Assembly (NCBI GenBank): GCA_050250895.1 | Contig: JBFWNU010000001.1 | Coordinates: 1,064,008 to 1,128,007, forward strand | DNA: 64,000 bases | Direction: 5' to 3' | Origin: Vulcanimicrobiota bacterium | Lineage (GTDB): Bacteria; Vulcanimicrobiota; Xenobia; Xenobiales; JADMJV01 | Translations under genes and position numbers: made by a program | Shown: one piece after another, positions 29,397 through 39,097 of the stretch | Position numbering within the stretch: the first letter of the stretch is position 1 | Layout of the letters: each line of letters starts with the position of its first letter | The notes under the pieces: model-generated | What the model was told of the DNA's origin: nothing | What the model saw: only the letters and a program-made list of their open reading frames with translations | Database searches by the model: none

Positions 29397-30692
29397 ATGC
29401 CGCTGACTCATAGCCGTTCTCAGGCTCTGGTTGCCGAAGCCAGACAATTTCTGCCCGGGGGCGTCAACAGTCCCGTCCGCGCCTTCAAGGCCGTGGGCGG
29501 AGAACCCCTGGTCTTCGAGCGCGCCCACGGAGCCCGGATGGTCGATGTCGATGGCAACGAGTATATCGACTGCGTCGGCTCCTGGGGCCCGATGCTGCTG
29601 GGCCATGCTCACCCCCGGGTGATGAGCAGCGTGGCCGAGGTGCTAACCAACGGACTCTCCTTTGGAGCCACCTGCCCCCACGAGATCGAACTGGCTCGCT
29701 TGATCACCGAACTGATGTCCGGTATCGAAATGGTTCGCCTCGTCAATTCGGGCACCGAGGCCACCATGAGTGCCATTCGGTTAGCCCGCGGGCACACCGG
29801 CCGGGCTGACATCGTCAAGTTCGAGGGCTGCTATCACGGCCACAGCGACTGCCTGTTGGCCAAAGCCGGCTCGGGAGCCATGACCCTGGCCCTACCCGAT
29901 AGCGCCGGCGTGCCAGCCGCCGTCACCCAGAACACCATCATCCTGCCCTTCAACGACCTCGACGCTTTGCGCCGAGTCTTCCAAGAAAAAGGGTCGCAAA
30001 TCGCCGCCGTCATCGTCGAGCCAGTGGCCGGCAACATGGGGGTGGTGCCCCCCAGGCCCGGTTATCTCGAGGGGTTACGCGAGCTGACGGCCGAGTTCGA
30101 GAGCCTGCTGATCTTCGACGAAGTGATGACTTGTTTTCGCGTGGCCCGAGGCGGCGCTCAGGCTCGCTTCGGCATCGAGCCCGACCTGACGTGTCTGGGC
30201 AAAATCGTGGGCGGAGGCATGCCGCTGGCCGCCTATGGTGGCAAACGTGCGATTATGCAGTCGATCGCCCCCCTCGGTCCCGTCTATCAGGCCGGCACGT
30301 TGTCGGGCAACCCGGTGGCCACCACGGCCGGCCGGGCCACGCTCGAGATTCTCAAGGCGCAACCGGAGCTCTATGACCAGCTCGAAGAACGAGGCGCCCA
30401 GCTCGAGGACGCCCTCCAGGCCGCCATCGCCCGCCACCGGTTGACGGCGACCGTCCAACGGGTCGGTTCGATGATGACCCTCTTCTTTGCCGAGGGCCCC
30501 ATTCACGACTACGCCGACGCCAAGCGCTCGGATACCGAGCGCTACGCAACCTACTTTCAAGCCATGCTGGCAGAAGGGATCTACCTGGCGCCGTCGCAGT
30601 TTGAAGCCGCCTTCCTGGGCATCGCCCACGGGGCCCCCGAAATTGAACAGATCATCAGAGCGGCCGACAAAGTCCTGGCAGGATTTGCTTAG
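29397..30692 (+). CDS. hemL: Glutamate-1-semialdehyde 2,1-aminomutase
   Basis: PGGVNSPVRAF, NSGTEATMSAIR, FEGCYHGH, DEVMT, GKIVGGGMP, YQAGTLSGNP, APSQFE. Confidence 0.97.
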   Translation: MPLTHSRSQALVAEARQFLPGGVNSPVRAFKAVGGEPLVFERAHGARMVDVDGNEYIDCVGSWGPMLLGHAHPRVMSSVAEVLTNGLSFGATCPHEIELARLITELMSGIEMVRLVNSGTEATMSAIRLARGHTGRADIVKFEGCYHGHSDCLLAKAGSGAMTLALPDSAGVPAAVTQNTIILPFNDLDALRRVFQEKGSQIAAVIVEPVAGNMGVVPPRPGYLEGLRELTAEFESLLIFDEVMTCFRVARGGAQARFGIEPDLTCLGKIVGGGMPLAAYGGKRAIMQSIAPLGPVYQAGTLSGNPVATTAGRATLEILKAQPELYDQLEERGAQLEDALQAAIARHRLTATVQRVGSMMTLFFAEGPIHDYADAKRSDTERYATYFQAMLAEGIYLAPSQFEAAFLGIAHGAPEIEQIIRAADKVLAGFA

Positions 30693-30708
30693 CCGGAAAG
30701 GTGGAAAT

Positions 30709-31680
30709 GTGGTAATCGCTCCGCTACGGGGTTTGGAGGACGACCTCCAGCTGGTCGAAGCGGCGCTATTGAACATCCTCGAAACCCGCGGGGGCAACCT
30801 CAGATGCCCCGCGGAAGTGCTGTTCCGAACGGGCGGAAAACGATTGCGACCGGCGCTGGTCCTGCTAGCCAGTCGAGCCACCGCAGGGCAATCGCAGGGG
30901 GCTATCCGACTGGCGGCCGCAGTGGAGATGATCCATGGCGCATCCCTCCTGCATGACGATGTGCTCGACGGCACCACGGTGCGTCGAGGAGCTGAAACGC
31001 TCAATTCGACCCACGGGAATCACTTCACCGTCTTGCTGGGCGACTGGCTGCTGTGCCAGGCTTTGCTGGCCATCGCCGAACTGGGTCAGGTCGAGTTGCT
31101 ACAAGTGATTTCGGCCGCCGTGGCCGACATGACCAACGGCCAGATCCTCGAAGCCAACCTGCAAGGCCGAATCGATGTCGCCACCGACCAATATCTGGCC
31201 GTGGTCGAAGGTAAAACCGCCGCCCTGATGGCGGCCGGATGTCGCCTGGCCGCCCTGCTGAGCGGCGCCCCTGACGATCAAGTGGAAGCCCTCACCAGGT
31301 TCGGTCGCAAGCTGGGCCTCGCTTTCCAGATCGTGGATGACGTGCTAGACTACTGGGGGGATGCGAGTGTCCTGGGCAAGCCCACGGGCTCAGACCTGCG
31401 AGAACGGAAATACACCCTGCCGTTCCTAGACGCCTTCTGGCGCTCGGCACCCCACGAACAAACCAAGATCCGCACCCTCTTGGGCAATGGCAAGCTCGAC
31501 AACGGCGGGCTGCTCGAGGTGGTCGAATGGATGGAAGGCTACCAGGCGCGAGAACGGGCCCTACAGATGGCCGTCGATTTCGCTAACGAAGCGCGGGCAG
31601 CGCTGGCAACCCTGCCGCCCAGCCCGGCCAAGGAGTCCCTCGAGCAACTGTTGGCCTACATCACCGAGCGAGAGCGCTAA
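30709..31680 (+). CDS. Polyprenyl diphosphate synthase
   Basis: GGKRLRP, FARM LHDDVLD...RRG, KTA, SARM FQIVDDVLD. GTG start after AAGGTGG. Confidence 0.93.
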   Translation: MVIAPLRGLEDDLQLVEAALLNILETRGGNLRCPAEVLFRTGGKRLRPALVLLASRATAGQSQGAIRLAAAVEMIHGASLLHDDVLDGTTVRRGAETLNSTHGNHFTVLLGDWLLCQALLAIAELGQVELLQVISAAVADMTNGQILEANLQGRIDVATDQYLAVVEGKTAALMAAGCRLAALLSGAPDDQVEALTRFGRKLGLAFQIVDDVLDYWGDASVLGKPTGSDLRERKYTLPFLDAFWRSAPHEQTKIRTLLGNGKLDNGGLLEVVEWMEGYQARERALQMAVDFANEARAALATLPPSPAKESLEQLLAYITERER

Positions 31681-32069
31681 TGGAACACTTTGGTGAATAC
31701 GGCTACGTAGCCATCTTCCTGCTAGGAGGAATGGCGTTTGTCGTTTTCAACTTCGGGTTGGCGGCTTTCATCACTCGACTGCTGGCAAGTCACCGCCCCC
31801 ACGCCAGCAAACTCATCGCCTACGAGTGTGGTGAGGCTCCGACCACCGAAGCCTGGGTCCAATACAACGTTCGCTACTATATTTTCGCGATGCTCTTCGT
31901 CTTGTTCGACGTCGAGGCGGCCTTCTTGATCCCCTGGGCGGTTGGTTTCAAAGCCATGGTGGCCGGCCCGCTGGGCCTGTTGGCCCTGGTCGAAATGCTG
32001 GTCTTCTTGCTGTTTCTGGCCATCGCGCTGATCTACGCCTGGAAGAAAGGGGCACTGGAATGGGTCTAA
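31680..32069 (+). CDS. nuoA: NADH-quinone oxidoreductase subunit A
   Basis: [29 protein letters not shown]. Confidence 0.95.
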   Translation: MEHFGEYGYVAIFLLGGMAFVVFNFGLAAFITRLLASHRPHASKLIAYECGEAPTTEAWVQYNVRYYIFAMLFVLFDVEAAFLIPWAVGFKAMVAGPLGLLALVEMLVFLLFLAIALIYAWKKGALEWV

Positions 32070-32668
32070 TCGAACGAATCCCAGCCTACATCGAAAAAAT
32101 TCCTAACGGGGGCATCCTGATGGCTCCCATTGACTGGATCCTCAACAACGCCAAAGCGTCGTCCATCTGGTACATGCTGTTCGGCCTGGCCTGCTGCGCC
32201 ATCGAACTGATGGCCACGGGGGCGTCGCGCTACGACTTCGACCGCCTGGGAATGATCTTTCGGGCCACCCCCCGCCAAACCGACCTGATGATCGTGGCCG
32301 GGACCCTGACCTTGAAGATGGCTCCCCGCGTCAAGCTGCTCTACGACCAGATGCCCGAACCCAAATACGTCATCGCCATGGGCGGTTGCACCGTCTATGG
32401 CGGGCCGTTCTATCACGATTCGTACTCGGTGCTCAAGGGAGTCGACAAGATCATCCCCGTCGACATTCACGTGGCCGGCTGCCCTCCTCGCCCCGAAGCT
32501 CTGCTCAACGGCTGCATCGAGTTGCAGAAGTTGATCAAGACCGAGAAATTTGGCAAAAAGCGAGACCGTCCCGGTCTGCGCCACATCGTGCCCCAGCAGA
32601 TTCCCGGGCAGCCGCCCCAGCTGGCTGGTCAACTTATCCGCTCCAACGAGATTCCCATCCTGTCCTGA
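32060..32668 (+). CDS. nuoB: NADH-quinone oxidoreductase subunit B
   Basis: [42 protein letters not shown]. Confidence 0.96.
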   Translation: MGLIERIPAYIEKIPNGGILMAPIDWILNNAKASSIWYMLFGLACCAIELMATGASRYDFDRLGMIFRATPRQTDLMIVAGTLTLKMAPRVKLLYDQMPEPKYVIAMGGCTVYGGPFYHDSYSVLKGVDKIIPVDIHVAGCPPRPEALLNGCIELQKLIKTEKFGKKRDRPGLRHIVPQQIPGQPPQLAGQLIRSNEIPILS

Positions 32669-33132
32669 TGAACAAGTACGAGCTACTGGCAAAGATCCGT
32701 GAACAGTATCCCGAGCACGACGTGGTCGATGATCCCGTCAACCCCCAGGGCATCATCATCGACCGGACCCTGGTGCCGGAGCTCTTCGGATGGCTGCGCG
32801 ACACTCCCGAGATGGGGTTTGATTTTCTCGAGTTCGAGACCTGTACCGATCGGCCGCCCGACCATCTCGATATGATCTACTATCTCTATTCCTACACTCA
32901 CCACCATCGGTTGGGTTTGAAAGTCAAGCTGCCGCGGACGCACCCCTCGATCGCCTCGCTGGCCGGGCTCTGGGCCAACGCCGACTGGAACGAACGCGAG
33001 GTCTACGATCTGTTTGGGGTCCATTTTCCCGGGCACCCCGATCTGCGCCGCTTGATGATGCCCGAAGACTGGGAGGGTCACCCCCTGCGCAAAGACTACA
33101 TGCATCCCAATGTCGTCTTTCGTCCGGATTGA
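32668..33132 (+). CDS. nuoC: NADH-quinone oxidoreductase subunit C
   Basis: ADWNEREVYDLFGVHFPGHPDLRR, GHPLRKDY. ATG at 32668 overlaps the nuoB stop. Confidence 0.95.
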   Translation: MNKYELLAKIREQYPEHDVVDDPVNPQGIIIDRTLVPELFGWLRDTPEMGFDFLEFETCTDRPPDHLDMIYYLYSYTHHHRLGLKVKLPRTHPSIASLAGLWANADWNEREVYDLFGVHFPGHPDLRRLMMPEDWEGHPLRKDYMHPNVVFRPD

Positions 33133-33140
33133 GAAACACT

Positions 33141-34235
33141 ATGGTTACCGAAGAATTCGAACTCAACATGGGACCTCAGCATCCTTCCACCCACGGGGTG
33201 CTGAGGATGCTGCTCAAAATGGACGGAGAGCGGGTGGTCAGTTGCGAGCCAATTGTCGGTTACCTCCACCGTTCTATCGAGAAGATGGCCGAAAACCGAA
33301 CCTTCACCCAGGTCATTCCGGTCACCGATCGGCTCGATTACTGCACCTCGATGACCTCGAACTATGTCTATGTCATGTCCGTCGAGGCACTGGCCGATCT
33401 CTCGCCGCCGCCGCGGGCCGAGTTCATCCGCGTGATCATGTCCGAGTTAAACCGGATCGCGTCGCATCTGCTGTGGTACGGCACCTTTTGCCTCGAGATC
33501 GGAGCCACCACGCCCTTCCTCTATGCCTTCGAAGACCGCGAGCGGGTGCTTGATCTCTTCGAGATGGCCTGCGGGGCCCGGTTGCTCTACAACTATATCC
33601 GCATCGGCGGGGTCAGCCGTAACATCGACCGTCCCTTCCTGGACAGGATGATGGTCTTTCTCGACGACTGGGAACCGCGCATCGTCGAATACGAAAAGCT
33701 GCTGGATGAAAACCCCATCTTCTACAATCGAACCAAAGGCGTGGGGGTGCTCAGCATCGAGAAGGCCAAGCATTACGGGGTAACCGGCCCCAACATCCGG
33801 GCCTCGGGCTTGGAAGTGGACGTGCGCAAGGACAACACCTACGCCGCCTACAGCGACCTCGCCTTCGACGTACCCACCCTGCCCGAGGGGGATGTCTTCG
33901 CCCGCTACCGCCTGCGCATGCTCGAATTGCGCCAAAGCGCGGCGATCCTGAGGCAATGCTTCGAGAAGATCCCCCCCGGAGACCATTGCTTGCCCTTGAA
34001 CTATCGCATCAAGATTCCCGAGGGTGAAACCTATCAGCACATCGAGAGTCCCCGGGGAGACATCGGCTGCTGGCTGGTCTCCACCGGTGGCGATATGCCC
34101 TGGCGCTGTAAGTTCCGCACGCCATCCTTCGTCCATATCCAGATCTTTCGCGACCTCTTGCCGGGGGTACTCGTCCCCGACATCATGGCCATCTGCGCCA
34201 GCTTCGACATCGTTCTGCCCGAGACGGATCGGTAG
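33141..34235 (+). CDS. nuoD: NADH-quinone oxidoreductase subunit D
   Basis: LNMGPQHPSTHGVLR, GYLHR, DRLDY, ESPRG, C-terminal ETDR; no NiFe CxxC motifs. Confidence 0.96.
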   Translation: MVTEEFELNMGPQHPSTHGVLRMLLKMDGERVVSCEPIVGYLHRSIEKMAENRTFTQVIPVTDRLDYCTSMTSNYVYVMSVEALADLSPPPRAEFIRVIMSELNRIASHLLWYGTFCLEIGATTPFLYAFEDRERVLDLFEMACGARLLYNYIRIGGVSRNIDRPFLDRMMVFLDDWEPRIVEYEKLLDENPIFYNRTKGVGVLSIEKAKHYGVTGPNIRASGLEVDVRKDNTYAAYSDLAFDVPTLPEGDVFARYRLRMLELRQSAAILRQCFEKIPPGDHCLPLNYRIKIPEGETYQHIESPRGDIGCWLVSTGGDMPWRCKFRTPSFVHIQIFRDLLPGVLVPDIMAICASFDIVLPETDR

Positions 34236-34272
34236 GAACTGACCCTATGTCGTCTCGAAAGCGGCGCCATTC

Positions 34273-35505
34273 ATGAGCCTCGATTGGATCCATAGCCCGG
34301 CCAGCAAAGCCCTGGACGACCTGTTCTTTGGAGCTACCGGTCGGCATGTGCCCGACTGGTTGCTGATGCCGTTGATGCTGCTCATCATCATCGGTTTTCT
34401 GAGCGTCTCGGCGCTCTTTCTCATCTGGCTCGAGCGCAAAGTCTCGGCGGCCATCCAGAACCGCATGGGCCCCATGTTGACCGGACCCCGACTTCTGGCC
34501 AATAGCTTCTGGGGCGGAGGGTGGCTGCAGACTGCCGCCGATGCCATCAAGCTCTTGATCAAAGAGTTGATCATACCCGGCAAAGCCGACGCCGGTCCCT
34601 TTATTCTAGCGCCGATCCTGATCTTCTCGGTCTGCCTGACGGCCTATGTGGCCATCCCTTTCGCTCCCGCCCTGGCCGTGAGCGACCTCAACATCGGGCT
34701 GCTCTACGTCGTCTCGATCTCCTCTTTGACGGTGCTCTCGATCCTGATGGCCGGCTGGGCCTCCAACAACAAGTATAGCTTGCTGGGCGGACTGCGCTCG
34801 GCAGCCCAGATGCTGTCCTACGAAATTCCTTTGCTCTTCGCCTTGCTCGGCCCCATCATGATGGCCGGCACCCTTTCGATGCAGGGCATCGTCAAGGCCC
34901 AGATGGAATTGGGCGTGTGGTTTATCGTGCCTTCCTTCCTGGGGGCGGTGGTCTACTACGTGGCCTCGATCGCCGAGGTGAACCGGCCGCCGTTCGACAT
35001 TCCCGAAGCCGAGTCCGAACTGGTGGCGGGCTATGTGTCGGAATACTCGGGAATGATGTTCGCCATGTTCTTTTTGGCCGAGTTTTGCAACATGATGCTG
35101 GTCTCGGCCGTGGCCGCCACCGTCTTTCTGGGTGGCTGGGCCGTTCCGTTCTGGCCCCCGCCCGAAAGCTTCAGCTGGGCCTACACGCTGGTGGGCTGCC
35201 TGGTCTTCTTCATCAAGACCTACATCCTGATCGCAATCATGATGTGGATCCGCTGGACCTTCCCTCGCATTCGGCCTGACCACCTGATGAATCTGGGCTG
35301 GAAGTTTATGTTGCCCATGGCCTTCGTCAACCTGCTCTTGTGCTCGGTGGTGGCCATCTTCCAGGCCACGGGCCAGTCCAGTCCCTGGATGGCGTTGACC
35401 GTCGGGGTGCTGGGGGTCGGGGCTGTAGGCATCTTCATGAGCCTGTTTAAACTCCACGAGGCGGGGGCTCTCTCTCCCTCGGTCGTGACAGGGCCAACCG
35501 AATGA
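34273..35505 (+). CDS. nuoH: NADH-quinone oxidoreductase subunit H
   Basis: WLERKV..QNRMGP, ADAIKLLIKE, SNNKYSLLGGLR, NRPPFDIPEAESELVAG, RWTFPRIR. Confidence 0.96.
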   Translation: MSLDWIHSPASKALDDLFFGATGRHVPDWLLMPLMLLIIIGFLSVSALFLIWLERKVSAAIQNRMGPMLTGPRLLANSFWGGGWLQTAADAIKLLIKELIIPGKADAGPFILAPILIFSVCLTAYVAIPFAPALAVSDLNIGLLYVVSISSLTVLSILMAGWASNNKYSLLGGLRSAAQMLSYEIPLLFALLGPIMMAGTLSMQGIVKAQMELGVWFIVPSFLGAVVYYVASIAEVNRPPFDIPEAESELVAGYVSEYSGMMFAMFFLAEFCNMMLVSAVAATVFLGGWAVPFWPPPESFSWAYTLVGCLVFFIKTYILIAIMMWIRWTFPRIRPDHLMNLGWKFMLPMAFVNLLLCSVVAIFQATGQSSPWMALTVGVLGVGAVGIFMSLFKLHEAGALSPSVVTGPTE

Positions 35506-36023
35506 GCGACGTCTCACCGATCGTCTTCTATCTGTTGGCAGCGGCCGTGCTGGCGCCGGCGGTCATGGTCGTCGTCAGCGAGAACCTGTTCCATTCGGGC
35601 ATCGCTCTGGTCACCTGCTTTCTCGGGGTGGCGGGCCTCTATGTCACGCTCTCGGCCCCCTTTGTGGCCGGCATGCAAGTGCTGGTCTACGCGGGCGCCA
35701 TTGCCGTGATCTTATTGTTTGCGTTCATGTTGACCCACAACCTGATGCATCCCGAGGCGGGCAGTTTGACTTTTCAGCAAGGTCCGGCGGCAGCCATCTG
35801 CCTGCTGGTCGGGTGCGCCCTGCTCTTGATCATCGAAAATTCGTCCTTTGCCAGTAACCCGGTCAGCGTCGAGGCTATCCGTCAGGCGACCTCGATCGCC
35901 GGGTTGGGCGCGCAGTATCTGACCGATAACTTGCTGGCCTTCGAACTGGTCTCGCTGTTGCTGCTGGTCACGCTGGTGGGAGCCGTCGTGATCGCCCGCA
36001 AGGAAGAAGGCGAGCCCGAATGA
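35502..36023 (+). CDS. nuoJ: NADH-quinone oxidoreductase subunit J
   Basis: QVLVYAGAIAVILLF, AFELVSLLLL...GAVVIAR. Confidence 0.93.
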   Translation: MSDVSPIVFYLLAAAVLAPAVMVVVSENLFHSGIALVTCFLGVAGLYVTLSAPFVAGMQVLVYAGAIAVILLFAFMLTHNLMHPEAGSLTFQQGPAAAICLLVGCALLLIIENSSFASNPVSVEAIRQATSIAGLGAQYLTDNLLAFELVSLLLLVTLVGAVVIARKEEGEPE

Positions 36024-36322
36024 TCGGTCTGGCTCACTACCTGATGCTGGGGGCCATGCTCTTCTGCATCGGTCTGTACGGGGTCCTGACTCGCCGCAAC
36101 GCTGTGGCCGTACTGATGTCCCTCGAGCTGATGTTCAACTCGATCAACATCAATATGGTCGCCTTTTCACGCTTCAATCCAGACATCACCGGGGTCGTAT
36201 TCTCGATCTTCATCATCGCTGTGGCCGCCGCCGAGGCCACCGTCGGGGTGGCGCTGGTGCTGGCCGTCTATCGCAACCAGCGGGTCATCGACCTGGAACG
36301 AGTCGACCACCTCAAGTGGTAG
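36020..36322 (+). CDS. nuoK: NADH-quinone oxidoreductase subunit K
   Basis: GVLTRRN, LMSLELM, AAAEATVG. Confidence 0.95.
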   Translation: MIGLAHYLMLGAMLFCIGLYGVLTRRNAVAVLMSLELMFNSININMVAFSRFNPDITGVVFSIFIIAVAAAEATVGVALVLAVYRNQRVIDLERVDHLKW

Positions 36323-36812
36323 GCGTGTTGCGCGCGAACTCGTATCCTTCGAGAAAGCCGATCGCCTTCTGGGCGTGAGGGAAGCGATGCACCAATTCCC
36401 AAAAAGCCGGCGAATGGTCGGCCACCACCAGATGAGCCAGCTCATGCACGATCACATAGTCAAGCACGAAGTCGGGCAAACCGGCCAGCACGTGCGAGAT
36501 GCGGATGGTGCCATCGAGCGGGGTGCACGAGCCCCAGCGCGACTGCTGATTGCTGACCCAGCGGATGCTAAATTCGAGCCGACCTTGAAAGTAACGCCGA
36601 TTCAAGCGCTCGGCTCGCGAGGCCAGGTCCTGGTCGGTGGCCAGGTCGGCGGCCACCTGACGACGCGACAGACGCTCTCGCATCTTTTCGACCCACTGCT
36701 GCTCTTCTCGTTTAGAAAACCAGGCCGGAATGCGCACCACCAGAGTGCCCCGATCCAGGGTGGCCGAGACCGTCTTTCGGCGCTTACGACTGCGAACAAC
36801 GCGAATCTCCAT
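36312..36812 (-). CDS. YgjP/DUF45-like (M48-type) HEXXH metallopeptidase family protein
   Basis: VVRSRKRRKT, RWGSCT, DYVIVHELAH..DHSPAFW. Confidence 0.88.
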   Translation of the reverse strand: MEIRVVRSRKRRKTVSATLDRGTLVVRIPAWFSKREEQQWVEKMRERLSRRQVAADLATDQDLASRAERLNRRYFQGRLEFSIRWVSNQQSRWGSCTPLDGTIRISHVLAGLPDFVLDYVIVHELAHLVVADHSPAFWELVHRFPHAQKAIGFLEGYEFARNTPTT

Positions 36813-36901
36813 GCGGATCTCTACTCCGTCGCGATTGATAAACCTTCAAGGAGGGGTGCCGAAAGGCATCTCGAAACGGCCGGTATCTCTGGGAGTCTTG
36901 A

Positions 36902-39097
36902 GTGATAACACCCGCCATGCTGGTCCTGGCCTCGGAGGGTCTACTTGAACCTGAGGTCCTGTCCGGGGCAGCAGCCAACTGCTGGCTGATTCCTCTATTT
37001 CCCCTGCTGGCGTGCCTCATCATCGCGTTCGTCACTCGCCCCTGGGGCAAGCTTTCCGCCGGCCTCTCGATCCTGGCAATGGGCGGGTCACTCGTGACCG
37101 CTCTGGGCGTCTTCTCGCAACGACTGGCCCATCTCGAAGCCCCCCCGATGGAGGCCTCCTACCCCTGGGTATCGGTGCTCGAAGGACGGCTCGGGATCAT
37201 CGAGATGGGCCTGCTGGTCGACAACCTGAGCGCCACCATGCTGGCCATGGTGTGCTTTATCGCGCTGCTCATCCAAATTTACTCGTTTTCCTACATCGAC
37301 ACCGAGATCCACCACTTCCCCACCCAGGACGAATCGAGCATGTCCCGATTCTATGTCTATCTGTCGCTGTTCGCTTTCTCGATGCTGGGCCTGGTGCTCT
37401 CGAACAACCTGCTTCAGATCTACATCTTCTGGGAACTGGTCGGAGTCTGCAGCTACTTCTTGATCGGCTTCTGGTATTTCAAGAAGAGCGCCGCCGACGC
37501 GTGCAAGAAGGCCTTCATCGTCACCAAATTCGCCGACCTGGGATTTCTGATCGGCATCCTGATGGTCGGAGTCGGCAGCGGCTCGTTCAACTTTCTGCAA
37601 CTGATGCATCCCGGTGCCCTCGCCGCCGGAATCATGTTCAGCAACGCCCTGGCGCTGGCCCTGGTGTTCTGCGGCGCCATCGGCAAGAGTGCGCAATTCC
37701 CATTACAAATCTGGTTGCCTGACGCGATGGAAGGCCCCACCCCGGTCTCGGCCCTCATCCACGCCGCCACCATGGTCGCGGCCGGCATCTTTCTGGTGGC
37801 GCGTTTATTCGACATCTTCGCCGCCACCCCCGGAGCGGCCACTTTCGTCGCCACCATCGGCACCATTACAGCCTTCGTGGCCGCCAGCATCGCGGTCACC
37901 CAGAACGACATCAAACGGGTGCTGGCCTACTCGACCGTCTCGCAACTGGGCTTCATGCTGGCCGCCCTGGGCTGCGGAGCCCTGACTGCCGGAGTCTTCC
38001 ATCTGCTCACCCACGCGTTCTTCAAAGCCCTCCTGTTTCTGGGCTCCGGAGCGGTGATTGTGGCCTGTCACAACAACGATATGTGGACCATGGGGGGTCT
38101 GAAGAAAAAGCTTCCTTTCACCCATTTCGCCTTTGCCATGGGCTGCTTGGCGCTGTCTGGCATCCCCCCCTTCGCCGGCTTCTGGTCCAAGGACGAGGTG
38201 GTGGCCGGCACCCAGAATCACCCCGTCATCATGGTGGTTCTGCTCATCTCCGCCTTTCTTACCGCTTTTTATGTGACCCGAATGTACTGCATCGCCTTCA
38301 ACGGCGACTATCGTGGCGCTGAGCACGCCCCCGAGTTCGCCGGCCCTATTCCTCCGGCTAACCTGCCGGCCCCGATGCAGCCCTCGCGCGATGTCTTCGA
38401 GACCGTGCCCGATTGGACCGAGGAGAAGGCTCTGGAAGCCGGCCCGGATCTGCCGCCCGCCTGCCTGGGCGCTCATATGGAACACGTCTCCCACGACCAC
38501 CACGAGCCCCACGAAGTGTCCCCCGTCATGTACGGCCCGCTGCTGATTTTGTCGGTGTTCGCCATCGGACTCGGCTTCATCGGCGTGCCCCACGAAATGG
38601 GCGGAAGCAACTGGTTCCACTCGGTCATTCATTCCCAGCAGGCTCATCCCGTGCCCTTTTCTGGGCTCTTGATGGGCATCTCGGTACTGGTGGCTGGCGG
38701 CGGCGTGCTCTGGGGCTGGCTGCTCTTTGGCAACGACCCGGCGGCGGGTGAGGCCAAGCTGCGCAAGATGCTCGGTCCGGTCTGGACCTTTCTGGCCCAA
38801 AAGTGGTATATGGACCATCTCTGGGCCTGGCTGGTCTCGAACACCATGTTCCTGGCCGCTCGAGTCACTGCCTGGCTCGATGACGAGGTGGTGGACGGCA
38901 GTGTGCGCGGTGTAGCCTGGGGCACCGGCCTGCTGGGCGAAAAACTCCGCTACGAGCATAGCGGCCTGGTCCAGCAGTATATCCTGATGCTGCTTTGCTC
39001 TGGCTTGATCCTGTTAGCGGTAGTGGCCTTTGCCGAGCCAGATTTCGTGCTCAGCCCAGCTCGCATGCTCAACCTCGACTTTGGAGGGCTGCGGTGA
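36902..39097 (+). CDS. nuoL: NADH-quinone oxidoreductase subunit L
   Basis: WELVGVCSYFLIGFW, GKSAQFPLQIWLPDAMEGPTPVSALIHAATMV, HAFFKALLFL, SKDE. Confidence 0.96.
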   Translation: MITPAMLVLASEGLLEPEVLSGAAANCWLIPLFPLLACLIIAFVTRPWGKLSAGLSILAMGGSLVTALGVFSQRLAHLEAPPMEASYPWVSVLEGRLGIIEMGLLVDNLSATMLAMVCFIALLIQIYSFSYIDTEIHHFPTQDESSMSRFYVYLSLFAFSMLGLVLSNNLLQIYIFWELVGVCSYFLIGFWYFKKSAADACKKAFIVTKFADLGFLIGILMVGVGSGSFNFLQLMHPGALAAGIMFSNALALALVFCGAIGKSAQFPLQIWLPDAMEGPTPVSALIHAATMVAAGIFLVARLFDIFAATPGAATFVATIGTITAFVAASIAVTQNDIKRVLAYSTVSQLGFMLAALGCGALTAGVFHLLTHAFFKALLFLGSGAVIVACHNNDMWTMGGLKKKLPFTHFAFAMGCLALSGIPPFAGFWSKDEVVAGTQNHPVIMVVLLISAFLTAFYVTRMYCIAFNGDYRGAEHAPEFAGPIPPANLPAPMQPSRDVFETVPDWTEEKALEAGPDLPPACLGAHMEHVSHDHHEPHEVSPVMYGPLLILSVFAIGLGFIGVPHEMGGSNWFHSVIHSQQAHPVPFSGLLMGISVLVAGGGVLWGWLLFGNDPAAGEAKLRKMLGPVWTFLAQKWYMDHLWAWLVSNTMFLAARVTAWLDDEVVDGSVRGVAWGTGLLGEKLRYEHSGLVQQYILMLLCSGLILLAVVAFAEPDFVLSPARMLNLDFGGLR

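Noticed and set aside
33141-34235. Group 4 NiFe-hydrogenase large subunit as an explanation for missing nuoEFG/I
   Set aside because: No CxxC Ni-binding motifs; it has the quinone-site RLDY and HGVLR of NuoD, and NuoB has the tandem CC.
36835-36851. TTGATAAACCTTCAAGG, similar to TTGACAGTTCTTCAAGG at 13295-13311 (shared TTGA-N7-TCAA dyad)
   Set aside because: Two short imperfect matches in 64 kb could be chance, and the spacing does not fit FNR or HAIR consensus. A genome-wide scan would be needed.
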